Shown piece by piece: positions 1 to 9,746 of a stretch of 64,000 nucleotides of DNA. The notes beneath the pieces were generated by a model. That model was given only the letters and a program-made list of their open reading frames with translations, made no database searches and was not told the origin of the DNA. This DNA comes from a virus (lineage: Duplodnaviria > Heunggongvirae > Uroviricota > Caudoviricetes): positions 23,685-87,684 of the IMG/VR virus record IMGVR_UViG_3300028797_000103; one strand, 5' to 3'. How positions within the stretch are numbered: position 1 is the first letter of the stretch; every line of letters begins with the position of its first letter. The position numbers and the translations under genes are program-made.

Positions 1-63
1 AAATTGGTCGTAATCGTCAATGTTCAAATTATCTTCATCGTAATCTTCGTATTGAATTCTCAT
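1..63 (-). CDS. 5' part of an acidic hypothetical protein running off the window (MRIQYEDYDEDNLNIDDYDQF...)
   Basis: ATG at 63 on the minus strand, open to position 1; AATAAATA late-type motif 20 nt upstream. Confidence 0.5.
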   Translation of the reverse strand, partial: MRIQYEDYDEDNLNIDDYDQF

Positions 64-83
64 TGCTTAAATGTTGTTTTCGC

Positions 84-91
84 TATTTATT
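84..91 (-). promoter_or_regulatory. putative late promoter (RATAAATA)
   Basis: AATAAATA 20 nt before ATG 63. Confidence 0.5.
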
Positions 92-105
92 AAAGAATTC
101 AACGC

Positions 106-549
106 TTAATTTAACTTTTTGATTTTTTCGGCGGCTTTCTTGCTGTCCTCTATGGATATTCCATATATCAGCTCGTTGAAAATTTTCTTATAAGCGCCCT
201 TCTTAGCCTTCCTTAAGAATTCTCTGTACATCATTCTTTTCTGATGACCGGTTGGATAAAAATTCTTATGAGACGCCAAATAGTTGTTAAGCAAAATCGT
301 TGCCTGATGTTCAGGTTTGGAATAAAACTCTTTTCTGTGTTCCACTTCCTTTGCCCGTTTCTCCGTTTCACTTTCAACATCTGCTTCCACTACAGTCGGA
401 CTGGATGTATCCCCAATAAGGGATTCGTTTTCGTTTTCGTTTTCTTCACTACTTCCGGACAGGAGAGACTCTTGTGTACTTTCAAGCAACGACTTCTTAT
501 CTTCCAATACTTCCGGTGTTTCAAGTACCAAATTTGTGTTTGATGACAT
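106..549 (-). CDS. hypothetical protein, acidic N-terminus
   Basis: 147-aa ORF packed in the minus-strand run; no recognised motif. Confidence 0.7.
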   Translation of the reverse strand: MSSNTNLVLETPEVLEDKKSLLESTQESLLSGSSEENENENESLIGDTSSPTVVEADVESETEKRAKEVEHRKEFYSKPEHQATILLNNYLASHKNFYPTGHQKRMMYREFLRKAKKGAYKKIFNELIYGISIEDSKKAAEKIKKLN

Positions 550-553
550 ACTA

Positions 554-724
554 CTATTCCTGATTTAATTTTTCTTTTATCATTTTCAAAACATCATTTA
601 CACCTTGGGTGTATCCAGCTCCATATAACGGACCGATAACGTCACCCACATTGCATCTTGTCATATTATCTTCTATTTGTGCAACTAATTCAGACATTAC
701 AGTCTTAAATGATTTTTCTTCCAT
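554..724 (-). CDS. small hypothetical protein (56 aa, MEEKSFKTVMSELVAQIEDNMTRCNVGDVIGPLYGAGYTQGVNDVLKMIKEKLNQE), not in the ORF track
   Basis: Hand-translated. ATG abuts the thyX stop (TAAATG), ends TAG TAG just before the next ATG at 549, and fills the gap almost exactly. Confidence 0.6.
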   Translation of the reverse strand: MEEKSFKTVMSELVAQIEDNMTRCNVGDVIGPLYGAGYTQGVNDVLKMIKEKLNQE

Positions 725-1348
725 TTATCTATCTATTTGTTTCCAATATTCGTCAAGTTCTTTCTTAAACTTTTCTGTTTTGTAATAACCACAGGTTTTC
801 ATTTCTGGACAACGTCCCCTGTATATACAATTCGGAACCATACATCTTGCAACGACCGGATCTATCTCGGCTATTGCGCCTTTAACCGCGTTCCAAGCAG
901 CCCTAGTATCTGGCGATGCGCAAGAACAAAGACGTTTTCTCGAAATGTTTATAAGGGTTTGAACGTTAACCACAAAATCCTGATCGTTGGGTTGACCTTG
1001 TGGCAGAACATCGCTTCGATTGAAATACGGGTCGTTCTTTATATCATCTGCTACCGTTTCCATGTATCTGTTCGTGAGTTCCTCTATATCTTCCCTTCTG
1101 TCCGATCTCTGGGAATGAATAAATGGCAAAACATAATCATGACGAAGGAGGTGGACGCCAACCCTCTGTTTAAGGTCTTTAAACGATATCGTATACTCGA
1201 CCAATTTTATTGGAGAATGCTCAGCCATTGTTGTCATCGTCTTCCATTTGTCAGACGGCTCGTGTCCAAGCGGACCCTTTCCTATTGTTCGTCTCGCTGC
1301 GTTAACAGCCCTTTCCCAACTTGTATCTCTCGTAACACTTACTTCCAT
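725..1348 (-). CDS. thyX: FAD-dependent thymidylate synthase ThyX
   Basis: EHSP motif and RHD-x7-SQR (variant of the ThyX RHRx7SxR signature); C-terminal VPNCIYRGRCPE. Confidence 0.85.
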   Translation of the reverse strand: MEVSVTRDTSWERAVNAARRTIGKGPLGHEPSDKWKTMTTMAEHSPIKLVEYTISFKDLKQRVGVHLLRHDYVLPFIHSQRSDRREDIEELTNRYMETVADDIKNDPYFNRSDVLPQGQPNDQDFVVNVQTLINISRKRLCSCASPDTRAAWNAVKGAIAEIDPVVARCMVPNCIYRGRCPEMKTCGYYKTEKFKKELDEYWKQIDR

Positions 1349-1575
1349 TATACTACTAAATCAACGTTAATTTTATCTATATAACTAGGAATAAACATTT
1401 TTGCATCAACTTCAATGTTAGAAGTAGTTTTCATACGCTTCCGAAAACTCGGCATGAAAAACAATTTTATTTTCAATAAAATGTTGATATACCACCTATG
1501 ATCCCAAACTTTTATTCCATTTATGATAACCCCCGTTGTCTTTGGAACATATGGGGCATATATAACATCATTCAT
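1348..1575 (-). CDS. hypothetical protein
   Basis: 75-aa ORF with a TAATG overlap to thyX. Confidence 0.6.
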   Translation of the reverse strand: MNDVIYAPYVPKTTGVIINGIKVWDHRWYINILLKIKLFFMPSFRKRMKTTSNIEVDAKMFIPSYIDKINVDLVV

Positions 1576-1593
1576 TATTAGAACAAGCTTGTT

Positions 1594-2040
1594 TTATATA
1601 CTGTAGATATTATCACTTAAACTTACGACCATTGAATCCGGACATTTCATTTTTCCGAGAGCACGCCACCCCTTTGCGAACCCATTCGAACAAATGCTTG
1701 TTATATAGGCAAATGCGTTCTTTGTCACAGTCGGATCAAAGTCGTTAAAATATTTTATGCAATCCGCAACTGCGAAATATATACAATCCTCCCTGTCATC
1801 CGGATTATTATAGTTTAAGCAATTTGAAAGCTTAGACGCTATGTTTATGAACATATTAGCAAGCTTATCCGTAGCAAGTCCGTTATTGTGCTCCTTGCAA
1901 TACATTATCTCATCATAAAGGTCCTTGTTCTTAACATAGTGCTCGGCAATCGGCGTCCTACCGACATTAACCAATGTATTGTCAACAAACTCGACACCTT
2001 CTTTTTCACTTCTTATCTTAGCTTGTAATTTAGTTGCCAT
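1594..2040 (-). CDS. gp55: T4 gp55-like late-transcription sigma factor
   Basis: HYVKNKDLY...REDCIYFAVADCIKYFNDFDPTVTKNAFAYITSIC matches the gp55 pattern HYVxNxxF...REDMI..C..Y..NFDP....NxFAYxTxI. Confidence 0.8.
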   Translation of the reverse strand: MATKLQAKIRSEKEGVEFVDNTLVNVGRTPIAEHYVKNKDLYDEIMYCKEHNNGLATDKLANMFINIASKLSNCLNYNNPDDREDCIYFAVADCIKYFNDFDPTVTKNAFAYITSICSNGFAKGWRALGKMKCPDSMVVSLSDNIYSI

Positions 2041-2077
2041 CGATTTTTAAAAATTCCATTTTTAAACCTTCTATTAT

Positions 2078-2105
2078 ATTATATGCAAGTTTTCAAAAAA
2101 AGTTT
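2078..2105 (-). promoter_or_regulatory. class II (putative middle) promoter
   Basis: AAACTTTTTTTGAAAACTTGCATATAAT upstream of gp55. Confidence 0.65.
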
Positions 2106-2118
2106 TTTGAAGTTTTTT

Positions 2119-2126
2119 CATAAATA
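2119..2126 (+). promoter_or_regulatory. putative late promoter
   Basis: CATAAATA 22 nt before the GT2 gene. Confidence 0.55.
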
Positions 2127-2148
2127 ATTAAACGCAACAGGAAAAGCT

Positions 2149-2979
2149 ATGTCAAAGTCTTACAAATCTGGAATTTCTGTATGCATAACAGCATACCATT
2201 CTAAAAAATTTATAAAAGAAACTCTTGATAGCATTTCGAACCAGACTTGGTTTAAGACTCACGACAACTATGAAATCATAGTTGGAATAGACGGGGACAT
2301 CGAAGATGCTATGTACGTTCACAGTCTGATGGAAAAATATAAAAACATCAGAGTAATTGTTATGGAAAGCAACGAAGGCACTTATGTAACAACAAATACC
2401 GTAATGGACGCAGCAAGATATGAATGGTTGCTCAGGTTCGATTCCGACGATTTGATGAAAAGCTGTATGATAGAACGTTTAATGAATAACGCCGGACACG
2501 ACATAGTTAGATTTTATCATAACAGCCCAAATTCTTCGTCAAAAGAAATTGCACATGGTCAGATAATGATGAAACACGAAATCTTTGACAGGTTTGGTGG
2601 ATACAGACCATGGACTTGCGGCGCAGATACAGAATTTGAAAAAAGGGTATTCAATTTTGTTGACGTTTATACTATAAATGAATCGCTTTTCGTAAGAAGA
2701 CTGTTCGATAACAACTTGACTACATCTTTCACAACTGGAATGAACTCAAATCTCAGGAAGAAAAACCTGACATTCATATTGAACGAATCCTTCAAATCCG
2801 AACAAGAAGCAAAACTCAATCTTGTTAGAAATTCGTTCTATGAAATATTTCCAACAACGGACGTATCAATAATAAAAATAAAAGACGGTAAACAGTTAAG
2901 AAAAGATGCAGACGGCGCATCTATAACCCCTGCCGGAAATCACTTGACAAGACGAACGGCTGTTTACTTCAGACATTAA
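2149..2979 (+). CDS. glycosyltransferase family 2 (GT-A fold)
   Basis: ISVCITAY, YEIIVGIDG, NEGTYVTTNTVMDAARYEWLLRFDSDD (DxD), GGY....GADTEF. Confidence 0.85.
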   Translation: MSKSYKSGISVCITAYHSKKFIKETLDSISNQTWFKTHDNYEIIVGIDGDIEDAMYVHSLMEKYKNIRVIVMESNEGTYVTTNTVMDAARYEWLLRFDSDDLMKSCMIERLMNNAGHDIVRFYHNSPNSSSKEIAHGQIMMKHEIFDRFGGYRPWTCGADTEFEKRVFNFVDVYTINESLFVRRLFDNNLTTSFTTGMNSNLRKKNLTFILNESFKSEQEAKLNLVRNSFYEIFPTTDVSIIKIKDGKQLRKDADGASITPAGNHLTRRTAVYFRH

Positions 2980-3009
2980 AAAAGAGAGGGACTTAAATCC
3001 CTCTCTTTT
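2980..3009. terminator. bidirectional intrinsic terminator
   Basis: AAAAGAGAGGGA-cttaaa-TCCCTCTCTTTT between convergent genes. Confidence 0.85.
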
Positions 3010-3012
3010 ATT

Positions 3013-3321
3013 TTAGAAGAGTTCAGATGCGGTTTCATCATCATCTTCATGTTTCGGCATCCTCTTCATAACGTCTGCTAGTTGTGCGTTGAATTTTTGC
3101 GATTGCAAATCAAAAGCAACGTTTATTCCAGCTGCGGCGCCAGCCAAAACTAGGAACATTCCTACAGCCTGAAGAGCAGATGCTGTGACTTCACCCGGAG
3201 GTGGAACCCAGAACATACACAACAGACACATTACAGATCCAATAAGGAACGAAGCGACTGACAGTTTTGATTGCAATGATGAGAAAACAATCGCATCAAA
3301 ATATTTTTTGAACCCTTTCAT
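3013..3321 (-). CDS. two-TM membrane protein, putative holin
   Basis: Two hydrophobic helices around VPPPGEV and a charged C-tail; recalled resemblance to small Bacteroidales phage holin-like proteins (not searched). Confidence 0.5.
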   Translation of the reverse strand: MKGFKKYFDAIVFSSLQSKLSVASFLIGSVMCLLCMFWVPPPGEVTASALQAVGMFLVLAGAAAGINVAFDLQSQKFNAQLADVMKRMPKHEDDDETASELF

Positions 3322-3338
3322 TTTACGAGTAATATCTT

Positions 3339-6300
3339 TTATTTAGTTAATGCCATAGCATTCTTCAAATCGTTAACATATTCCGGAACATAATCGTCCG
3401 TCCCCTTTACGCTGATGCTTGAACCGTTCACATAAACGAGTTTCGCACTTTCATTCATCTTAACGATAGCCCTTACAGGATATGTGCTTTCATTTATGTT
3501 TCTGTAAGTATTGAAATCCTTTGCATTGATATAAGCTTCTGCATCTACCAAACCTTCATCGAGGTTAAGCTTTACGCTTCCTTCAAGATAGTTGTTTATG
3601 TCAAGAGCTTCGCAAAGATTTTCAGTTATCTTCACATACTTCTTAAGCATCTTTGTTGACTCGCCTTCAAGAATAACGTTTAATTCATCATCTTCTTTTG
3701 CATTGTTGTACTCCAAGAGAGAAACCTTACAGTCGTCTGATGTTATTCTTGCACCGTTGATGAACATTCCGCAGCTAACGTAACTTTCCATCAAAGCCTT
3801 CAGCGTGACTGGATCAAATTTCCAAGGGAAGTCAAGTGTGTCTGGACGCTCTCTCAGCATCTTAACATCGTTCTTTCCGTATTCGAGAGTGTGTCCGGAT
3901 ACATTTACGATATAATTTCCGGTTGACAGTTCAAAGATAATCTGACCGTTTCCAGCTGGAGTTGAAACGAAATCCAAAACTGTAGGTTTAGCTGATTCGT
4001 TTAAGGTATTATCTGCGGATTGCTCTAAAGATTCATTCTTTTTGGTTGCCTTAAATTTGAACTTTTTCTTTGGAGCATCTTTCTTTTCTTCTTTATCTTC
4101 CTCTTTTTCATCAGAAGATTCATCAGAAGATTCATCATCTGAACCAGTTTCAGTTTCTGTAGACTCTACAGACTCATCAGCCTTTTCTTCAGCCTTTTTT
4201 TCTTTATCCTCTTTCTCTTTTTCTTCGTCTTTCTCCTTATCCTTATCTTCGTCTGCTGATTCTTCGTCATCATTAAAAACTAGGCTATCCTTAACGTCGA
4301 AAGTTGTATCCTTGAAAGAACTATCATAGTCGGCACCCTCACCTTCCTTTGATTCAGAACTTTCGTTTCCATTCAAATCGTCAGTGTTGATTTCAACAGT
4401 CTTTCCTGTTGTATCATCCTTTATTGTAATATGAACGGCTTCATTAACGTGATTGTAAAAATCTATAGCCTGAGTTGGGGCATCATCATGATAGAACGAT
4501 TCAAGAACTTTCTTTGCCTTTCCGAATTCATCAGAAAGAATTTCAACGTTCATACCCTCGTCTATTCTCTTTACCTTAAATCCGTTTGCACCAAGCTTTG
4601 ATTCCAAGAATCCGTTGTATGGAACATTAAGACTATACTTTACAGATTTCTCTGCATTTTCCTTATATTCTGGAGCATAGTGTTCGAGAATATCAGTTAC
4701 GTCCTGTTCAACATCGTTGTTTCTTAGACTGTGAAGATAAAGTTTGTTGTAAATGTACTGTGCTTCTTCCTTGTTCTCTGCGATGACTCTCATCAAACCA
4801 CCTTTTTTTGAAAATCCATCGTCGTATTTTGCCTCAAGCAATGTGCAATATTCCTTTGTTGCTGGAATAAGGATGGAAAATACATCCTTCTTTCCCTCGT
4901 TGGTAGCAGACACGTTCTTTATCTGAACACTCTCGTTCGTTGGTCCTACTGGATATCCTTCCTGTGGTTTGTTATGAAAACATTTCACGAGTTCTGGACA
5001 GAAAGCATCGAACTCTTCGTCATTGTAATTCATCCAATCCTTGAAGTATTTCTTGAATGCGTGAGCCTGAGCTTTGTTTGATATCTTCAAACAAACTTCG
5101 TCACTCGCAGCTTCATGCTGCACACACTCAATCTTCAAGTCGTCCATATCCTTTTTGAATTCATCTACACCACGTGGTGCAAATTCATCAGGATAAAGAC
5201 CAACTGTTATTGGATATTGAGGAAGCTCGCTGTCAGCCTGCTGAATTTCAGCTGGAGTTTGCTGAACAGCTTCATCACCTTCCTTCGTATCAGATGATTC
5301 ATCACTAGGTTCTACAGAAGCATCAGCTGAATCAGACGGTGTCTGTTCTGACTGTGCTGGTTCTGTTGGAACATCTGGAACAGCTGGGGTTGTGTCAGGA
5401 ACACTTGGCTCAGCTGGAACTTCCGGCGTTGGGGTTACAGTTGGGGTTGACGGATTCTGATCACCATCTGGTTCATCCTTCTCAAATGTACCTGTTTTTG
5501 TTTCATCCGCATTGCTGATTGCATCGCAGATTGAATAGTACATATCCAAAGGCATATACTCATTGTTTATAACAGGCTTATTGTTGTCATCGAGATAGAA
5601 GGTAACCTTTCTCATATCATCGTGAACGTCACCATTGGCGTCGACAGAAGGTATAACAACTATAACCTCGCCCTTGTTTGTGAGTTTTCCGGTTTTAACA
5701 TTCTTGTTATATGAAACTCTAACAACCTCGTATGAATTTGCATTTGCTGGAGTTGCTGGAGCACCACCAGTCGTATCAGTTGTATCCGTTACAACGGGTG
5801 CTGGTGCATCGAAGTCTGGATCGAATGCAGGAACATCTGCATATTCATCTGGCTCTTCTGCGAAAGTTGTTAAATCTGTTTCACCTTCAGCCGGAACATC
5901 AGCTTCGCCGCCATCACCTAGAATTGGCTGTTCCATATCCTCCTCTGATTCTTTCTCCTTGTCTTCTGAGTCTTCACCAGACTTGTCGTCTGCATCATCA
6001 GTTGATTTGTCTGCTGTGTCGTCGTCTGATTTTTCGTCATCATCTGAATCTGGAACCTCATCCTTTAGGCTATCTTCACCTTCTTCACCATTAAGGAATT
6101 TATCAGCATCCTCCTGATACTTCTTATAATCAGCCTTCGTGTCCTCGATTTCCTTATCTATCATTGCGATAGCGTTATCGATATCCTCTATATCTGAAGA
6201 TTCTTCTTTCATCTTGGTTAGAGTTTCTTTCTTACTCTCCAATGATTCGAGATATCCTTCATACTCAGCCTTCTTAGCTTCGTATTCTTTCTTCGCGTTA

Positions 6301-8018
6301 TCCTGATCCGGAAGAACGTCTTCAAAGAGAGATGTGATGTTTATACCCATGTGCTCATTTATGTAATTCTTGCACTGGATAGGATTGACATTCTTATAAT
6401 ATACGGAACGACCGAGACTTTCGTCTATCGTATTCACGCATATATTGTTTCCAATCTTGAATACGTCAACAGATTTTCCACTTCTGTCGTTAGAAGCAAC
6501 TCTCTTAACAAAGTCTATTGATGCAATGTTATCAAAGTTTTCATTAAGAACCTTAACGGCTGAATAGAATGAAGCGCTTCCTTCGTTCATATAAGAAGCC
6601 TTGTTTATGAGAGAGTCAATTTCTCCCGGAACAACCTTCTTTCCGTTGATGCTGATTTCAGACTCACTGATAACAGCCTTATTGCTTCCTTCGTATATGG
6701 AAATTGTATTAAGAGCTTCAGAAATCTTAACGCTTCCTGAATTTACAAGAGCACAAAGATTCTTGAACGATTCGGAAAGGTTAGAAACTTCCTGACGAGA
6801 AAGCTTGCTGATTGCGTTTCCACTTCTCTTATAATACGTACCCTTAACGTTGAAGATGCTTTCATTCTCTTTGACATAAAGAACAGGTGAGAACACTTCC
6901 TCGGTGTGGACATACTTGTTTGCTGATTCAAGCGACTCACCAAGATATACACCAACGTTGAGAGACTGGTCTTTATTGACGATGTTTATGATATCTCTTA
7001 CGAAAGGATCATACTCAAATGATTCGAGTCTCTGTAAAAGAAGAACACGCTTAGCCATTGATTTATCATTAACATAATCAACAACAACTTCCTCGATGAG
7101 AGGAACGATGTAATATGAAGCGGTCTGCTCCATAATCTTTACGATCTTCTTGAGGTCAATATCTTGTTTGTACTTGCTGATTCTGTCATTCATTGCTGAA
7201 AGCTCAGTATCAACAGCGCTAAGATAATTCCAGTTGGAAATACCAGAAATGAATGACTCATATAGGGTTTCTTCTGATTTACCGGAATTAAGAGCAGCAA
7301 TATACTGTTCGCAGAAAGCACGAAGCTTCTCATTTTTCGAATTATCCTTAAGAATGTTTGCTATTGCACCGTTGAGACCGATGTGGCTCTCGATCATTGA
7401 AATGCTCTTCTTAGCTGCTGCTTTTTCAGCTTCCTTAGACTCGGCAACTCTGTCTGCTATTATAGCATCAACCTCGCTCTGTGTGTAGGTCTTTGGAGTT
7501 TTTTCACCTTCTGATTCAAGAAGCTCAGCATTGACAGCCTTAACACCAAGCTCTTCGTCGTGACCCTCGAATATAGCGATGTCTATAATGTTCTTTACGA
7601 TTGGCTCGTTTGAGAACAAAGATAGAGATTCGGCAAGGGCGTTTCTCGTCTCAGGAGTCTTGTTTACCATATAATCTACAGTATAAGACTCAAGCATTGG
7701 AGCAATGTACTTGCAGGAACTGTTGTATAAACTATAAATGTTGTTTGCGAGTTTGATGTTCTTTGCGTTTTTCTTTACTGATTCATTTAGAGAATTTAGG
7801 ATATCCTTCGCTGCTTCGCTCTCGGCTATCTTTGAAAGTTCAATCACAAATTTCTCGCAGAGTTGTTCGTCATGCTTTCCTGATGATAAAGCGGCATTGT
7901 ACTCTTTACAAAGAGCCATTATAGCAACTGAATTTGATTCTGAAAGCATAAGGCTGGCTATAGCAGATTTCAAATCAACAATCTTAACCATAGACAGTGT
8001 TCTGTTAGAGTTACTCAT
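3339..8018 (-). CDS. large acidic putative head-internal/scaffold-like protein with many x-x-E-S motifs
   Basis: 1559-aa ORF with a late motif 21 nt upstream; numerous LNES/INES/LLES-type motifs, an N-terminal duplicated domain and D/E- and P/T-rich linkers. The function is inferred. Confidence 0.6.
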   Translation of the reverse strand: MSNSNRTLSMVKIVDLKSAIASLMLSESNSVAIMALCKEYNAALSSGKHDEQLCEKFVIELSKIAESEAAKDILNSLNESVKKNAKNIKLANNIYSLYNSSCKYIAPMLESYTVDYMVNKTPETRNALAESLSLFSNEPIVKNIIDIAIFEGHDEELGVKAVNAELLESEGEKTPKTYTQSEVDAIIADRVAESKEAEKAAAKKSISMIESHIGLNGAIANILKDNSKNEKLRAFCEQYIAALNSGKSEETLYESFISGISNWNYLSAVDTELSAMNDRISKYKQDIDLKKIVKIMEQTASYYIVPLIEEVVVDYVNDKSMAKRVLLLQRLESFEYDPFVRDIINIVNKDQSLNVGVYLGESLESANKYVHTEEVFSPVLYVKENESIFNVKGTYYKRSGNAISKLSRQEVSNLSESFKNLCALVNSGSVKISEALNTISIYEGSNKAVISESEISINGKKVVPGEIDSLINKASYMNEGSASFYSAVKVLNENFDNIASIDFVKRVASNDRSGKSVDVFKIGNNICVNTIDESLGRSVYYKNVNPIQCKNYINEHMGINITSLFEDVLPDQDNAKKEYEAKKAEYEGYLESLESKKETLTKMKEESSDIEDIDNAIAMIDKEIEDTKADYKKYQEDADKFLNGEEGEDSLKDEVPDSDDDEKSDDDTADKSTDDADDKSGEDSEDKEKESEEDMEQPILGDGGEADVPAEGETDLTTFAEEPDEYADVPAFDPDFDAPAPVVTDTTDTTGGAPATPANANSYEVVRVSYNKNVKTGKLTNKGEVIVVIPSVDANGDVHDDMRKVTFYLDDNNKPVINNEYMPLDMYYSICDAISNADETKTGTFEKDEPDGDQNPSTPTVTPTPEVPAEPSVPDTTPAVPDVPTEPAQSEQTPSDSADASVEPSDESSDTKEGDEAVQQTPAEIQQADSELPQYPITVGLYPDEFAPRGVDEFKKDMDDLKIECVQHEAASDEVCLKISNKAQAHAFKKYFKDWMNYNDEEFDAFCPELVKCFHNKPQEGYPVGPTNESVQIKNVSATNEGKKDVFSILIPATKEYCTLLEAKYDDGFSKKGGLMRVIAENKEEAQYIYNKLYLHSLRNNDVEQDVTDILEHYAPEYKENAEKSVKYSLNVPYNGFLESKLGANGFKVKRIDEGMNVEILSDEFGKAKKVLESFYHDDAPTQAIDFYNHVNEAVHITIKDDTTGKTVEINTDDLNGNESSESKEGEGADYDSSFKDTTFDVKDSLVFNDDEESADEDKDKEKDEEKEKEDKEKKAEEKADESVESTETETGSDDESSDESSDEKEEDKEEKKDAPKKKFKFKATKKNESLEQSADNTLNESAKPTVLDFVSTPAGNGQIIFELSTGNYIVNVSGHTLEYGKNDVKMLRERPDTLDFPWKFDPVTLKALMESYVSCGMFINGARITSDDCKVSLLEYNNAKEDDELNVILEGESTKMLKKYVKITENLCEALDINNYLEGSVKLNLDEGLVDAEAYINAKDFNTYRNINESTYPVRAIVKMNESAKLVYVNGSSISVKGTDDYVPEYVNDLKNAMALTK

Positions 8019-8039
8019 TATTAAAATGTTTCGTTTTAT

Positions 8040-8047
8040 TATTTATT
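8040..8047 (-). promoter_or_regulatory. putative late promoter
   Basis: AATAAATA 21 nt before 8018. Confidence 0.6.
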
Positions 8048-8091
8048 ATCAATTCTTTAACAAAAAATGTAAAAATTTTTTTGCTTAACTA

Positions 8092-9465
8092 TCAGATAAT
8101 CAATATATTATCTATTTGATCCGATATTTTTTTGTCAGATGGATACAAAATTCCTACAGAAATTTTTCTAGAAATCGACTTCACGCTGTACTTCAACTTG
8201 GAATTATTTGTAGGTTCTATACCATATTTGTTCAAAGTAACGGAGTCTATATCTTTATAATAATCAATGCGTTCCAAGCATTTGTTTGTAATTTTTCCAA
8301 CATAACAGTCGTGAATCTTAACATTTCTCTTTCTATCGATATATTCTAAAGAAATTTGTATATAACCGTCGTTTGAAAACTCACCAGCATTAACTATTTG
8401 TATATTTTCTCCATTAACAGTTCCAGAATTATCAGTAGTTATTATCAACTTTGGTTCAGAAACAACAGAAACCAATTCATTGTTTATGAAGAAAACTTCA
8501 GGCTGTTTTATGTTAGATTCTATATTAGGTATAGTCCAATCAAATTCATTCGTCATCAATGCTATATCAGTAACGTGCTTTTTTCCTTCAGGGTCTATAT
8601 AATAAATTCCCATGCTATATCCCTGAGCGGTATTAGAATCAAATTTCCAAGAAAGATGAAGAACGTCACCAACTCTTTTTGGAGTGCTTATATCAATCGG
8701 GTCGAGCTTTACATTGATATATCTAGTGTCAGGTGCATTTTTTCCATTGTACGTATTAACGTCGAACGCCCAAGTTTCTACCTTATTATCTGCCTTTATT
8801 GCCATCGATTCATCAAAACAAGGTTGATAACACTCGACCGCAATACTAAAACTCATTTTAACTATATTTCCCTCCTGTTCAAATGAGTATGAAACAGTTT
8901 TATCACCTTCTGTTATACTTTCCGGGAATCCAGCACAACACCCAATCTTTATTCCTTTATATAAAACATTAAACGTTTGGTTTTTATAAAACTTGTTTCT
9001 CAACTCCTGTTCAATCTTGAACGCAGTCTCATAATTATCAATCCAGCCCTCAATATCAAATGTCATGGTTAGAGGAATTGAATATAAGTAAGCAACATAG
9101 GTTTCTACTTTTCCGTCTTCTTCTTTTTGATATTTTCCCTTAACGAATCGGTTTGTTATGTTTCCAGAATCTATACTTGAGCCAGAATAGGTAACAGCAA
9201 ATCGTGGAAGCATATCAAACTTTCCGTCGATTAACTTATCAGAAAAACACTCGCGACCAAAGAACGTATAGTTGTCCTGTGCAAATCTCTGGTCTTTTGC
9301 GTGTGCAAAATTATAAGCAAACGGTACTGTGACGCGCTCGACAACATTGTCATCCCAAACCTGCTCATATGTTATACTGTGGTTAAGGAGATATAGCAGA
9401 CCACCTATCACGGATCTGTTAAAAATGTTATCTACGTTATAGTGTTGATATAAAATGTCAGCCAT
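8092..9465 (-). CDS. T4 gp15-like tail sheath terminator with C-terminal extension
   Basis: RVTVPFAY...LPRFAVTYSGSSID...SIPLTMTFDI resembles gp15; about 200 extra C-terminal residues. Confidence 0.6.
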   Translation of the reverse strand: MADILYQHYNVDNIFNRSVIGGLLYLLNHSITYEQVWDDNVVERVTVPFAYNFAHAKDQRFAQDNYTFFGRECFSDKLIDGKFDMLPRFAVTYSGSSIDSGNITNRFVKGKYQKEEDGKVETYVAYLYSIPLTMTFDIEGWIDNYETAFKIEQELRNKFYKNQTFNVLYKGIKIGCCAGFPESITEGDKTVSYSFEQEGNIVKMSFSIAVECYQPCFDESMAIKADNKVETWAFDVNTYNGKNAPDTRYINVKLDPIDISTPKRVGDVLHLSWKFDSNTAQGYSMGIYYIDPEGKKHVTDIALMTNEFDWTIPNIESNIKQPEVFFINNELVSVVSEPKLIITTDNSGTVNGENIQIVNAGEFSNDGYIQISLEYIDRKRNVKIHDCYVGKITNKCLERIDYYKDIDSVTLNKYGIEPTNNSKLKYSVKSISRKISVGILYPSDKKISDQIDNILII

Positions 9466-9674
9466 TATTTTCTTCTCTTAACTTTGTATTTTCTTTTCTT
9501 TCTCTGGAACGATTTTGCACCTATAATTTCTCCGAATTTATCCGGACCGCCAATTGGGTTAACTTCACCCATTCCAAACCCAAGGTTTGCTGCATAGTCG
9601 TAGGATGCCCCTCCGCCGTCAACCGCATCACATTCATTTGTTTTCTTTTTGCGCTTAATTATAAATTTCTTCAT
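9465..9674 (-). CDS. small late protein, basic termini and Gly-rich core
   Basis: 69 aa; GATAAATA 22 nt upstream; TAATG coupling to the next gene. Confidence 0.6.
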   Translation of the reverse strand: MKKFIIKRKKKTNECDAVDGGGASYDYAANLGFGMGEVNPIGGPDKFGEIIGAKSFQRKKRKYKVKRRK

Positions 9675-9696
9675 ATAGATATGAAATGCGTTTGTT

Positions 9697-9704
9697 TATT
9701 TATC
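9697..9704 (-). promoter_or_regulatory. putative late promoter
   Basis: GATAAATA 22 nt before 9674. Confidence 0.6.
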
Positions 9705-9713
9705 TTAAAATGG

Positions 9714-9721
9714 GATAAATA
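9714..9721 (+). promoter_or_regulatory. putative late promoter
   Basis: GATAAATA 25 nt before 9747. Confidence 0.6.
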
Positions 9722-9746
9722 GATAAATGGATAAATTGTTAATTAT

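Noticed and set aside
424-445. (TTTTCG)n microsatellite; similar low-complexity tracts at about 4070-4270
   Set aside because: These simply encode ENENEN and E/K/D-rich linkers within genes.
737-1384. 215-aa antisense ORF over thyX (and the other short shadow ORFs in the track)
   Set aside because: The thyX one is an in-register shadow of a well-supported gene; none shows independent signals or protein-like motifs.
1348-1575. IYAPYVP resembling the C-terminal YxPYVP motif of gp23 major capsid
   Set aside because: A seven-residue match in a 75-aa protein is too little to call a capsid fragment.
3340-3345. TAAATA before the holin-like gene (and at 22233-22238)
   Set aside because: The first lacks the RA prefix and the second abuts the start codon; the hexamer is common in AT-rich DNA.
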